A DNA stretch of 64,000 bases from an uncultured virus (IMG/VR IMGVR_UViG_2645727884_000004). Lineage: Duplodnaviria > Heunggongvirae > Uroviricota > Caudoviricetes. This document shows positions 47,550-57,142 of this stretch, one piece after another. The DNA is taken from positions 1-64,000 of the IMG/VR virus record IMGVR_UViG_2645727884_000004. One strand, given 5' to 3'. The notes beneath the pieces are model-generated. The model did not search any database. It had not been told where the DNA came from and saw only the letters and a program-made list of their open reading frames with translations. The first letter of the stretch is position 1; every line of letters starts with the position of its first letter. Made by a program: the position numbers and the translations under genes.

Positions 47550-48119
47550 TCAGGCTGCGTTCTTTGCGCGGAGTTGGAGCAGTGCCATCACTTCGTCCAG
47601 CGTCTGGTAGAGATCATTCAGACTGCCGTCGTTGCTGATGAACAGGTCGTGTGCCCCCGCTGTGATGCCCGACTCGCTACTGTGCGCGGCGACTTCGGCG
47701 GTATCCTGTCGATGCAGATGGACGACTACGCCGCCCTTGGCGCGGATCCAGTCCGCCTCGTTGTCGAAGCGCACGTCGCTGATGACGAACCCCTGGGCCT
47801 GAGGCATCGCCTCCAGGTGGTTGGATAGGTTCATGTCGGCCAGCATCAGCCAGAGCTGCGGATGCACTAAGTTGCGGCCCCACTCAGTGCCCAGCAGTTG
47901 CATCAGTTCGCGCGGCGACTTGCCCAGCCAAGGCAGCGGCTGTTCCTTCGCCGGACCCTCCAGGGCGGACCCGGGCAAGTTCAGCATGTCGAGCAGGGCC
48001 AGCTTCAGCGGTGAGGCTAGGGCATAGACCAGCAGGCCGAACTGGGCGGCGAGGTAGTTCGCCGCAGTGTCTTTGCCGGAGCGAGCGCGGCCAGTGAGGC
48101 CGATCAGGAAGGGCTTCAT
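47550..48119 (-). CDS. Deoxynucleotide monophosphate kinase
   Basis: GLTGRARSGKDT, SPRELMQLLGTEWGR, ISDVRF.NE, HSSE. Confidence 0.9.
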   Translation of the reverse strand: MKPFLIGLTGRARSGKDTAANYLAAQFGLLVYALASPLKLALLDMLNLPGSALEGPAKEQPLPWLGKSPRELMQLLGTEWGRNLVHPQLWLMLADMNLSNHLEAMPQAQGFVISDVRFDNEADWIRAKGGVVVHLHRQDTAEVAAHSSESGITAGAHDLFISNDGSLNDLYQTLDEVMALLQLRAKNAA

Positions 48120-48424
48120 GCCGCGGCCTCCATGCTGAGGTAGCGCTGGGTGAAGGTCAGGAGCATCGACAGGTTCTGCCGGGATTCGTCCTCCGTGAGG
48201 TTCCTGCGACGGCCACGGGTGTCGGCGCCGATGAAGGCGTACTCGTAGGCATGGGCAACTCGGGCTCCCAACGGCGTGGTGTCGTCGGCCCGGTGGATTG
48301 AAACGGAGACGTCCGCGTCGATGCAGGACAGATAGAAGGTGGCCTTCCACTTGCCCTGGCTGTCGATCAGCAGGCAGGTGGAGAGGATCTGCAGCAGTAG
48401 TTCCTCAATGGTGGGCTTGTTCAT
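48116..48424 (-). CDS. Hypothetical protein
   Basis: MNKPT start, coupled overlaps. Confidence 0.6.
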   Translation of the reverse strand: MNKPTIEELLLQILSTCLLIDSQGKWKATFYLSCIDADVSVSIHRADDTTPLGARVAHAYEYAFIGADTRGRRRNLTEDESRQNLSMLLTFTQRYLSMEAAA

Positions 48425-48630
48425 GCAGCACCTCCCCACGGGCCGCTGTCGGCATCCGTGCTGGGGGCGACAGGGCGCGGCTGGTAGAGACAGGCGCGCT
48501 GGGAGGTGCTGATGATCACCAGCAGCCCGGTGCGGGCCTGGATGGCCTCAACAGTGGCGGGGCTGGTGGCCGCTGCCGGGTGTAGGTACACCGGGCAGCG
48601 GGCTTTGGGCGTGTGCTGTGCCGATTGCAT
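48421..48630 (-). CDS. Hypothetical protein (first gene of left early operon)
   Basis: VYLHPAA.TSP..V.AIQ..TGL; GGAG RBS. Confidence 0.6.
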   Translation of the reverse strand: MQSAQHTPKARCPVYLHPAAATSPATVEAIQARTGLLVIISTSQRACLYQPRPVAPSTDADSGPWGGAA

Positions 48631-48670
48631 GTCTCGTACTCCAAGGTAGAGGGTGGGTACGAAACACAGA

Positions 48671-48684
48671 TTAGCTACAGCTAA
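48671..48684. promoter_or_regulatory. Operator OL candidate
   Basis: TTAGC-N4-GCTAA palindrome, with further half sites to 48710. Confidence 0.65.
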
Positions 48685-48717
48685 TTACATTAGCAATACA
48701 GAATGCTAAATTTTTTG

Positions 48718-49404
48718 TCAGGCGGAGGGAATAAAGCGTGAGGACTTGACTATCGCTCCAACGAAATGGACATGGACGATCTCGTCGTCTTCCAGGAAGA
48801 CGGGAGATTCGTTGGGGTTCACGCTGTCGAAGCGCCAAGTGCCCTCTCGGCGGTAGCTGTATTCCTTGATCATTGCGCGGCCATCAACTGTCTTAACCAG
48901 CACTTCGTCGCCTGGCGCAAAGGAGCGGTTTGGCTCGATCATCACATACTCTTTGTGCTTGATTCTCGGGTGCATGCTATGCCCGACAACCTGCAGCGCA
49001 TAGGCATTGGGATCGGTGCTGCTGATTAAGATGCTGCCGTCGCCATGGCCCACTGGATAGTCTAGGGCCTCGAAGTATCCATCTACACCCAACTTAGCTT
49101 TCCCTACTACTGGGACGCTTCCTTTCAGCACCGGTAGGGCTTCCTCTTCCAGGTTGCTCACCGGTAGGTCTTTCCCTTGAGCCCGATGCACGTCCGGGAA
49201 TTGGGTTGGCATCACAAGAGAGTTCGGTGCTAGGCCAATCTTTGCCTCTAGGTTTCGTGCGGCTTTCTCGCCCATCGGGCGATGGCCATTCAGCAGTTGC
49301 GAGATGTAGGAAGCGTCAAGGTTGTGCTTCTCAGCAAAATCCTTGGTCTTCTGATCGCCGATGAGGGCGCCAAGGGCGCGGATTCTGAGCTTGTTGATGT
49401 CCAT
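48718..49404 (-). CDS. cI: CI repressor (HTH + S24 peptidase)
   Basis: SYISQLLNGHR..GEK.AR; VGHSMHP; IKEY. Confidence 0.9.
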   Translation of the reverse strand: MDINKLRIRALGALIGDQKTKDFAEKHNLDASYISQLLNGHRPMGEKAARNLEAKIGLAPNSLVMPTQFPDVHRAQGKDLPVSNLEEEALPVLKGSVPVVGKAKLGVDGYFEALDYPVGHGDGSILISSTDPNAYALQVVGHSMHPRIKHKEYVMIEPNRSFAPGDEVLVKTVDGRAMIKEYSYRREGTWRFDSVNPNESPVFLEDDEIVHVHFVGAIVKSSRFIPSA

Positions 49405-49472
49405 GGGCCAAGGTTCGCCAAGTGTTAGCGTTTTGTAAATTGATGGCTGCTAATCCCTTGTTGCTATATTCG

Positions 49473-49486
49473 TTAGCGGACGCTAA
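49473..49486. promoter_or_regulatory. Operator OR candidate
   Basis: TTAGC-N4-GCTAA, with degenerate copies 49424-49454. Confidence 0.65.
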
Positions 49487-49506
49487 TCTTTGCGGCAGGA
49501 GGGACC

Positions 49507-49737
49507 ATGAAACTACTCGACTACCTCAAGCCCCTGAGTAAAGACGCAAAGGCAGCGCTTGCGGCCCGTTGTGGGACGACTGTGGGGCAACTGACCCAGG
49601 TGGCTTACGGGCATCGTCGGGCGAATGCCGCCCTGGCAATTGATCTCGATAGGGAGACTGGCGGTGTTGTGGCATGCGAAGAGACCAGGCCTGACATCGA
49701 CTGGGCCTATCTCCGCGGGAAGCAGCGAGCGGCATGA
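49507..49737 (+). CDS. cro: Cro-like (YdaS-type) regulator
   Basis: LAARCGTTVGQL.QVAYG...T.G.V...RPDIDW. Confidence 0.85.
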   Translation: MKLLDYLKPLSKDAKAALAARCGTTVGQLTQVAYGHRRANAALAIDLDRETGGVVACEETRPDIDWAYLRGKQRAA

Positions 49738-49985
49738 AATATTCATCGGATGCAGGGGAGCGTATGGACATATTCGCGGATAACTTCGGTGTGGCCCCCG
49801 GCCTGGAGGTGGTGATGCGCCACCTCGATGACGGCCTGGTCATGGTCACGGCACGGCACAAAGGGGAGGCCTTCGAAAGCTATCGCGCCGTCCCGGTGGA
49901 GAAGGCCTTGGAAGTAGCTGGCTACCTCATTCGAGGCTCTCAACCACCACGCGCCCTGTTTTGTCCCTGTACACCTGCTCGCTGA
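49734..49985 (+). CDS. Hypothetical protein
   Basis: ATGA overlap with cro. Confidence 0.45.
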   Translation: MKYSSDAGERMDIFADNFGVAPGLEVVMRHLDDGLVMVTARHKGEAFESYRAVPVEKALEVAGYLIRGSQPPRALFCPCTPAR

Positions 49986-50130
49986 ATTCGACCTGGACCA
50001 GTTCGGGGCCGCGCTGTTTTAGGCGGTAGAACTCTAGGCCGCTGAAGTCGACTTCGTAGTGATCGGGGTAGACGGCGAGATGCTCCCGGAGCATTCCGAC
50101 GGTGATTGTCTGAGGCTTCTTGGAGGGCAT
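49927..50130 (-). CDS. Small counter-oriented hypothetical protein
   Basis: AAGGA RBS; MPSKKPQTITVGMLREHL... Confidence 0.6.
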   Translation of the reverse strand: MPSKKPQTITVGMLREHLAVYPDHYEVDFSGLEFYRLKQRGPELVQVEFSEQVYRDKTGRVVVESLE

Positions 50131-50336
50131 ACGCAGTTCCTTGCGAAAAGAAGAGGGAGGTGAATACAGAAAAGGTTGGCCGGCGCGGGCCTCTACACCC
50201 GCGCCGGCCGGGTGCCGGACAGGGCCTCTACACCCTGGGCCCGGCGTACGACGACACAGCACATTGCATCGGTCGTGGTCATAGAGTAGGGCGAGCCCCG
50301 CTCGATGGCTACACCGTAAAAGGAGTATTTACGGTT

Positions 50337-50837
50337 ATGAGCCGGAAAGACCTGCTGCCGGACGCCGGTCCGGTATTCGATCTCCGCCAGGCGCTATACC
50401 GCGCAGGGCGCGACTACAAGGGAGGCTTGACCTCCCTGGCCCACGACATGGTTCTGCCCTATGAGGACCTGCAGAAGAAACTGAAGCTTGACGAGGAACG
50501 CCGGTGGCCCACCCCCGACGAACTCGAAGACATCATCCGCCTGACCAAGGATCCACGCCTGCTGGACGCACTGATGCGCCCGGCCGGTGCTGTCTGGTAT
50601 CGGCCTGAGGCGGTCAATGCCACGGCTTCCGCCCTGAAGGCGGTCGGGGATTTGCTGCAGCGCGAAGGCGAGTTTGTTGCCAGTCTGCATAAAGGTGCGG
50701 ATGACAACCGCTGGGAGCCCGTCGAGGTCGCCGATCTGGAGTACCACGGTGCGAATGTGATTCGGGCTGTCCTGGGCATCATGGCCGGCGCCCGCCAGGC
50801 AATGGAGCAGGATCTGGAGGATAGAGCCAATGGGTGA
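50337..50837 (+). CDS. CII-like regulatory protein
   Basis: ALYRAGRDYKGGLTSLA..M......LQKKL. Confidence 0.75.
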   Translation: MSRKDLLPDAGPVFDLRQALYRAGRDYKGGLTSLAHDMVLPYEDLQKKLKLDEERRWPTPDELEDIIRLTKDPRLLDALMRPAGAVWYRPEAVNATASALKAVGDLLQREGEFVASLHKGADDNRWEPVEVADLEYHGANVIRAVLGIMAGARQAMEQDLEDRANG

Positions 50838-51072
50838 CATCCTCGATCGCGCCTCCGAACTGGAGGAGTTCCATTTGCAGGCGGCGCTCGCTTCTCGACC
50901 CCGTCCGGCGCCGGCGTACAGTATCAGCGCGACGATCTGCGATGACTGCGGCAGCGAGATCCCACCAGCGCGCCGCCTGGCGGTGCCTGGGTGTGATTGC
51001 TGCGTTGAGTGCCAGCAGCGCAGGGAGGTGCGTCGTGGATACCGCTTGCAGACTAAGTCGGGGGCGGTATGA
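50830..51072 (+). CDS. TraR/DksA C4 zinc-finger protein
   Basis: MGDILDRA; CDDCGSEIPPARRLAVPGCDCCVECQ. Confidence 0.88.
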   Translation: MGDILDRASELEEFHLQAALASRPRPAPAYSISATICDDCGSEIPPARRLAVPGCDCCVECQQRREVRRGYRLQTKSGAV

Positions 51073-53808
51073 GGCCTGGCGAAGATAGTCTACGTAGCGA
51101 GTGGGCTCGCTGGTATGTCGAACAAGGCATCGCGCTGGTAGTCATCGAACCGGGGAACAAGATCCCCAAGGGCAAGGCCTGGCAGAGGCCAGGTGGTTAC
51201 TACACCGATGCTGCCCAGGCTGAGGCTTTCTGGTCCAAGCATCCGAAGCACAACATGGGGGCTGTACTCGGCCCCAGTCGTGTTTGCTCGCTGGACGTCG
51301 ACGACGTCCCATCCACTCGCCAGGTGCTGTGGGACTGCCTCGGGTTGGATCTGGATGCGTTGCCGGTAGCCTACCCCACCGTGGTAGGGAATCCGGAGCG
51401 CTTCCGAATTCTGTTCCAGGTGCCGGATGGGGTTGAGCTGAGTCGGCACTCACTGAGCTGGCCCAACGAGAAGGACCCGGACGGCTCCAAGTTCAAGCTC
51501 GCGCAGGCGGCGATCCTCGCAGCGAAAGAGAAGGGGGATGCCGAGCAGCAGACAAAGATGCAGGTGCTGGCCGACAGCCTGAAGCGCTTCACCGTGTTCG
51601 AGCTGCGCGCAGGCCTAGTGCAGGACGTCCTGCCACCCTCCATCCATCCTGGCACCGGGCGACCGTACACCTGGCGCAACCCGCCAAAGGGTGAGGGGCT
51701 ACCGGTATTGCCGGACAACCTGCTGAACATCTGGAAGAACTGGGACATCTTCAAGCGTGACGCCGAGGCGGCATGCCCTTGGGCGCCGGTGCAGAAACCG
51801 AAGAAGGTTACCAAACCGAAGCGGCTGGCTCCGGCTGGTAGCGCTGGGTCGGTTATCGATGCCTTCAACCGGGCACACGATGTCGAGGCATTGCTCGAGG
51901 CGCATGGCTACCTCAAGCGTGGGAAGAAGTGGCTGTGTCCGCAGAGCAGCACCGGCTTGCCGGGCGTCACGGTCAGCGAGGGGCGGGTGTATTCACACCA
52001 TGGCTCAGACCCTCTCGCCAACGGCCACCAGAACGACGCGTTCGACGTGTTCTGCATCCTCGACCACAACGGCAACCAGGGCGAGGCGGTCAAGGCCGCG
52101 GCGCGCCTACTGGGCATCGAGCGCGAGTCCAGAGCACCCAGTGTTCGCGAGGCGCTGGAGCAGTTCGATCAGATGCTTAGCGGCGATGAGCCGCCCCCCA
52201 GCCCGGCCAAGGAGCTTCCCCGCTCCCCATCGGTCGAAGACGTGGATGCCGACGGCGACGCCGCAGGTGACAGGGGGGCGGGGGAGGGCCTGACTCTGGC
52301 CAAGGCGCTGCGGCGCTACGCCCTGGTCGAGGGGACAACCCACGTGTGGGACATCGACAAGGCGATGAAGATGAAGAAGACCGCCTTCGTCGCCCTGGTG
52401 GGCCAGAAGGTTTTCAAGGAGTGGTCGGAGGTTACCGACGAGAAGAAGAAAAAGCGCATCAGCGAAGAGCAGGTCAAGGAGATCGAGCGAGCCCGGTCCA
52501 TGGCCGGAAAGGCTGTCGGGCCGATGAGCATGCCTCCAGCGGTGCGCTACGTCTACATCGATGGCACCAAGGACGTGTGGGACCTGGCGAAGAAACGGCG
52601 TGTGCCCGAGGGCGCAGTGAAGATGGCCCTGGGCGATGCCTACTCGCTCTGGCTCAACAGCCCGGAGCGCCGGGTGGTAGACGTTGCCGACATTGTCTTT
52701 GACCCGACGATGACGTGCGACACCAAGACATGCATCAACACGTTCGAGGGCCTGCCGCTGGAGCCCAAGCGCGATGATGCGGCGTGCGAGAACCTCCGCT
52801 GGCTGATCGCCTTTCTGTGCAACCACGCTGAGGACTCCATGCAGTGGCTGGTGCGCTGGCTTGCGTATCCGCTGCAGCACACCGGCGCGAAGATGGACAC
52901 GGCGGTGCTGATGCACTCGACGATGGAGGGGTCAGGCAAGAGCCTCTTGTTCTCCGTCGTGATGGGACGCCTGTATGGTCAGTATTCCGCCACGGTTGGG
53001 CAGACCCAGCTTGAGGGGAACTTCAATGCCTGGCAGAGCGGCAAGTTGTGGGCGGTGTTCGAGGAAGTGGTCAGCCGGGACCAGCGCTACAACCAGGTCG
53101 GCAAGATCAAGCAGTTGATCACCGGTCAGACCGTGCGCATCGAGAGCAAGTTCGTGAACGGCTGGGAAGAAGCCAGCCACATGAACGCTGTGTTCCTTTC
53201 CAACGAAATCATGCCCTGGCCAATCAGCGAGGGTGATCGGCGGTTCTTGGTCATGTGGCCCGAGGAAAAGCTGCCGGAGGCCAGGCAGAAGGCGATCAAG
53301 CACGAGTTGGCCAATGGCGGCGTCGAAGCGCTATATGCCTGGCTGCTGGCCCAGGACTTAGGCGACTTCGACCCACAGACCAAGCCACCGAGCACGCCGG
53401 CGCGCGAACGCCTGGTGGCCTTGAGTAGGTCCACCTGGCAGACGTTCGTACACCTCTGGCGCAGCGGTGAACTCGGGCACGGGCTGTGGGGGGCATGCAT
53501 GAGCAAAGATCTCTACGCGCTGTTTCTGGAGTGGTGCCAGCAGAACAAGGAGCATTCGATAAGCCACACGAAGTTCAGTCTGTTCATCAGCACGGCAAGT
53601 ATCGAGAAGACCAGGCCAATTCCCTGGACGGACGGCAGCAACCGTCGGTTCGCGGCGTTCTTCTTCCCTGAGGACCCGGAGTCCTTCCTGCCCCCCATCC
53701 CCTTCCTCGGCCGCGCTGGGTGCGCACGTGGTCGAGTGGCGGGCGCGAGCCAAGCTAGCGGGCTGGAACGTGGACAGTTGGGACCATGTGAAGGGGCACG
53801 CGACGTGA
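51069..53808 (+). CDS. Bifunctional Prim-Pol + SF3/D5-like helicase (probable +1 frameshift at C6 run 53691-53696)
   Basis: SLDVDD, VLPPSIHP, Walker A MEGSGKS, FEE, DRRF; corrected frame ends ...AKLAGWNVDSWDHVKGHAT*. Confidence 0.85.
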
Positions 53809-53819
53809 ATCTGCCCGGA

Positions 53820-54121
53820 AGTGTGTTGGGTGTGTTGGGTATGTGTTGGGTTGTTTTGCGAACCCAACACAGCGTGAGGCCGCGAAACTCGGGGCCTCTG
53901 GGTGTGTGTGTTGGGTGTGTTGGGTTTACGCGCGCGGGCGCGTGCGTGCGAATAAAAAAATGCACCAAGATCATGGTGCGGCGCGCTGCTTTTTTTCCTA
54001 CGCGAGGGCTGGAAAAACCCAACACACCCAACACACCCGACACACGTTTATCTAGCTCATTGATTCTATTGAGTTTTAAGTGTGTTGGGTGTGTGTTGGG
54101 TATGGCGTTTTTGTGTTGGGT
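53820..54121. repeat. TGTGTTGGG iteron-like array (candidate origin)
   Basis: About 11 copies in both orientations just after the primase-helicase. Confidence 0.75.
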
Positions 54122-54147
54122 TGAGGTTTCAGGCGGGGAGAGGGGCG

Positions 54148-54705
54148 ATGATTGAAGAGATCGAAGTGTTGATGCGGCATTGGAGTGCGCAGATCGGCCG
54201 TAATGGGGTGGGATGCAGTTCCATATCCAGCAGCCTGGCGGGTTTGATTGAGTGGCAGGGCGCGCCGCCGCGCGGCGAGCCTGGTTCGCGTGTGTTGCTC
54301 GGTGGAACCTCCGTCGATCATCGTGCGCGCGAGGTTCAGGCATGCATAGATGCGATCGAACGGCGAGGGGAGGAAGGTGCATGTCTCGCGCGCTTGGCGC
54401 GCTTGCGCTATCTGAGTTGTCCTCCGCGCACCGTCAAACAGCAGATCGCGGCACTTGAGGTCGGGGAAATCACCGACCGTACCTATCGCAACTGGGTGCA
54501 GCGCCTCCATGAACTGGTGTTGTGCGAACTGATCCGCCGGCATGCCGGCACGCTGGAGGCGATCAAGGCGCTCCGGAAGGTCGAGCGGCGGCGCACTGCT
54601 GCACGGCGTGGCAAAGCCGTACGCGGGGTAAATGGTGAATACCGTTCGTCGGCAATTGCTCCCCCGTCAGCCCCCGCGAGCCCCCGTCAGCCCGTGTCAG
54701 GATAA
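54148..54705 (+). CDS. Late-gene regulator (Q-like antiterminator)
   Basis: Position before lysis genes; C-terminal HTH-like LARLRY...RTYRNWV..LH. Confidence 0.6.
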   Translation: MIEEIEVLMRHWSAQIGRNGVGCSSISSSLAGLIEWQGAPPRGEPGSRVLLGGTSVDHRAREVQACIDAIERRGEEGACLARLARLRYLSCPPRTVKQQIAALEVGEITDRTYRNWVQRLHELVLCELIRRHAGTLEAIKALRKVERRRTAARRGKAVRGVNGEYRSSAIAPPSAPASPRQPVSG

Positions 54706-54846
54706 CCGATAATTCCCCCCTTTCGGTTTTTCCGTTCGGGGGGTACAAAGCCGCCATGGTGTTCGAGATCCGCCAAGGCGGTCCGGCATCGAGTGATGCA
54801 CGTGCTGTGCAAACCGCCCCGGAGCTTCCCCGCCCGGGTCACCCTG

Positions 54847-54877
54847 AAAGCCCCTCGCTCGAGGGGCTTTCTCTTTT
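54847..54877 (+). terminator. tR'-like intrinsic terminator
   Basis: AAAGCCCCTCG-CT-CGAGGGGCTTT-CTCTTTT before late operon. Confidence 0.75.
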
Positions 54878-54903
54878 CTGCCGCCGGCTGAGGAGTTCTA
54901 GCG

Positions 54904-55269
54904 ATGGGAGAACCAGCGAGCACGACTGCTTCCGCTGTTGTGGCCGGTGCCGCTGGTATCGGTCTGGCCGGGTATCTGGCCGGCATCGATGGGGCCGCTG
55001 CTGTGGGCGCGCTGTTCGGCGCTCTGCTGTATTCGACGACGAACAAGGAATATCCGACCTGGCAGCGGGTGCTGTTTCTGCTGATCTCGTTCGTCATGGG
55101 CTATATGACCGCGCCGGCAATCAAGGACGTTGATGTATACGGATACCGGCCGTTCCACTATTCGGGTCTGGCTGCCTTTGTCGCGGCGCTGCTGGTGGTG
55201 ACTGTTTCTCTGTGGTTGCTCCGGCGAGGTAAGGCAGGACCTGGCGCAATAGGAGGCCAAGATGGGTAA
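54904..55269 (+). CDS. Putative holin
   Basis: Multi-TM, GALFGA motif. Confidence 0.75.
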   Translation: MGEPASTTASAVVAGAAGIGLAGYLAGIDGAAAVGALFGALLYSTTNKEYPTWQRVLFLLISFVMGYMTAPAIKDVDVYGYRPFHYSGLAAFVAALLVVTVSLWLLRRGKAGPGAIGGQDG

Positions 55270-55552
55270 CCATCTGGTGCAATTGCTGCTGACGCAAGCG
55301 ACGTTCTGGCTTTGCGTCGGTATGTTCCTCCGGCTCTTCACCTACCAGCGGGGGGAAGCACGCTATCGGTTCGGTATCTCGTGCCTCGCCTGGCTGGTTA
55401 TGGGGAGCGCTGGTTCTGCAGCGCTCTACATCCTGAAAGGCTGGCTGGTTGTACCGCCGCATGCCTGGCCTCTGGTCGTCTTGCTCGGCGTGTTCGCGTG
55501 GGCGTTGTTTCGGACTCGGGGCAACCTTGCCCGGGTCTGGCGGATTCAGTAG
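55262..55552 (+). CDS. Holin-family membrane protein
   Basis: YQRGEARYR..S.LA...RGNLAR; same family as 27653-27925. Confidence 0.75.
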   Translation: MGNHLVQLLLTQATFWLCVGMFLRLFTYQRGEARYRFGISCLAWLVMGSAGSAALYILKGWLVVPPHAWPLVVLLGVFAWALFRTRGNLARVWRIQ

Positions 55553-55554
55553 CG

Positions 55555-56292
55555 ATGCGCGGCAGTATCTCGGCCAGGGACTTGGACGACGCCGTTCGGT
55601 CCTTGCAGCAGCTCGGTGGCGACTTGCCTGCTGCTGTGTTGGCCGACGCCTTGAACCACACGGCGAACCAGGCGAATCAGGCGCTGGTCGGGGAGATCGA
55701 CCAGGTCTTCGACCGGCCGACACCGTTCACCCGCAACGCTGTCCGCATCCTGCATGCCACTTCGCGCCGCCTTGAGGCGGCCTTGTGGGTGAAGGACGAA
55801 AAGGACCATGCCTCGAAGGGGCAGGCGCCGGAGGACTGGGTGGCTCCCCAAGTCTTCGGGGGGCCGAGGGTGGACAAGGCGTCGGAGCGGAACCTCCGAG
55901 CCCGAGGCATCCTGCCGGCGGGCATGTTCGTCGTTCCAGCGGAGGGCGCCCGGCTGGACCAGTACGGCAACATGAGCCGCGGCCAGATGATCCAGATCCT
56001 CTCCGGCCTGGGCGCCCTGGAATACCGAGCGGGGTTCAAAGGAAACGCCACTCAGTCGGCGCGCTCCCTGGCGAAGGGACACCAACTGGCGTACTTCGTG
56101 ATGCGCCGTGGCCGCCGACCCATTGGCATCGCCGAGCGCCGTGGACGGACGTTGACCATGGTCCTCGCCTTCGTCCGCCAGCCTCAGTACCGCGTGCGCT
56201 TCCAGTTTCACGAAGTCGTTCGGCGTGTTGCCGAGGACGACGCGCGCATCGAGGCGAACATCGAGCGGGCCCTGGCGAAAGCGTTGCGCTGA
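55555..56292 (+). CDS. Conserved phage protein (possible tail-completion family)
   Basis: ALNHTA...FDRPTPFT.N...LDQYGN. Confidence 0.7.
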   Translation: MRGSISARDLDDAVRSLQQLGGDLPAAVLADALNHTANQANQALVGEIDQVFDRPTPFTRNAVRILHATSRRLEAALWVKDEKDHASKGQAPEDWVAPQVFGGPRVDKASERNLRARGILPAGMFVVPAEGARLDQYGNMSRGQMIQILSGLGALEYRAGFKGNATQSARSLAKGHQLAYFVMRRGRRPIGIAERRGRTLTMVLAFVRQPQYRVRFQFHEVVRRVAEDDARIEANIERALAKALR

Positions 56293-56548
56293 ATCGTTGG
56301 CGGGTGGCCTGGCCGGGTGGAGCGGGGTTAGTTCAACCCGAGCCGGCAATGGCCACCCGCGGGCGGGGTGTCGCGAAAAGCGGGGCAGTGACGTGCTACT
56401 CAAAAAGCACCGGGGGGCCCCTGAAGCGCCGCCCCCGACAAGGGTGATTCGAACCCCGTTCTCGCGCTAGTGGCTGGGCCGGGAAGTTAGTTAACAGGGT
56501 TAACCGGGTTAACCCCCCTCGGTTCATCGTGGTTAACAGGTACCGCAC

Positions 56549-57139
56549 ATGGAGTTCATGACCAAGGCAGCGTTCGCGGACCGCCAAGGCTGGTCGCGCG
56601 CCTACGTGTCGAAGCTGGTCCGGCAAGGACGCCTCGTCCTCACTGCCGACGGAAAGGTCGACGTCCAGGCGAGCGACGAACTGCTGGCCGCCAGCGCAGA
56701 CCCGAGCAAGGCTGCCGTGGCCGAGCGGCACCGGCAGGAGCGGGTGGAGAAGGGCGTGTACGCCCACATAGGCGCAGGTGCAGCCCCGAGCCCGGCCTTA
56801 CCGGCACCTGGGCAGACCGCACCGCTGCCCGACTACCAGAAAGCCCGCGCGCGGCGGGAGTACGCCCTGGCTCTGCTGGCAGAAGACGAACACCGCAAGA
56901 GCCGTGGCGAGACGGTCGAGCGCGCGCGTGTCGACTCCGCGGCCTTCACCGCTGCTCGCGCTCTGCGCGATCTGCTGATGGGCGTGCCGCCGAAAATCGC
57001 CGGCGACCTGGTGACGCTGACCGACCCCTGGGAAATCGAACGCCGCCTGACCCAGGCGCTGCGCCGTGCCTTGGAAGATGCCGACCGCCTCCTGCAGCTC
57101 GATGCCGAGATCGAACAAGGGGGCAAGGAGCCGAACTGA
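56549..57139 (+). CDS. Terminase small subunit
   Basis: N-terminal wHTH (MTKAAFA..GWSRAYVSKL), YQKARA.RE; precedes gpA. Confidence 0.85.
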   Translation: MEFMTKAAFADRQGWSRAYVSKLVRQGRLVLTADGKVDVQASDELLAASADPSKAAVAERHRQERVEKGVYAHIGAGAAPSPALPAPGQTAPLPDYQKARARREYALALLAEDEHRKSRGETVERARVDSAAFTAARALRDLLMGVPPKIAGDLVTLTDPWEIERRLTQALRRALEDADRLLQLDAEIEQGGKEPN

Positions 57140-57142
57140 ACC

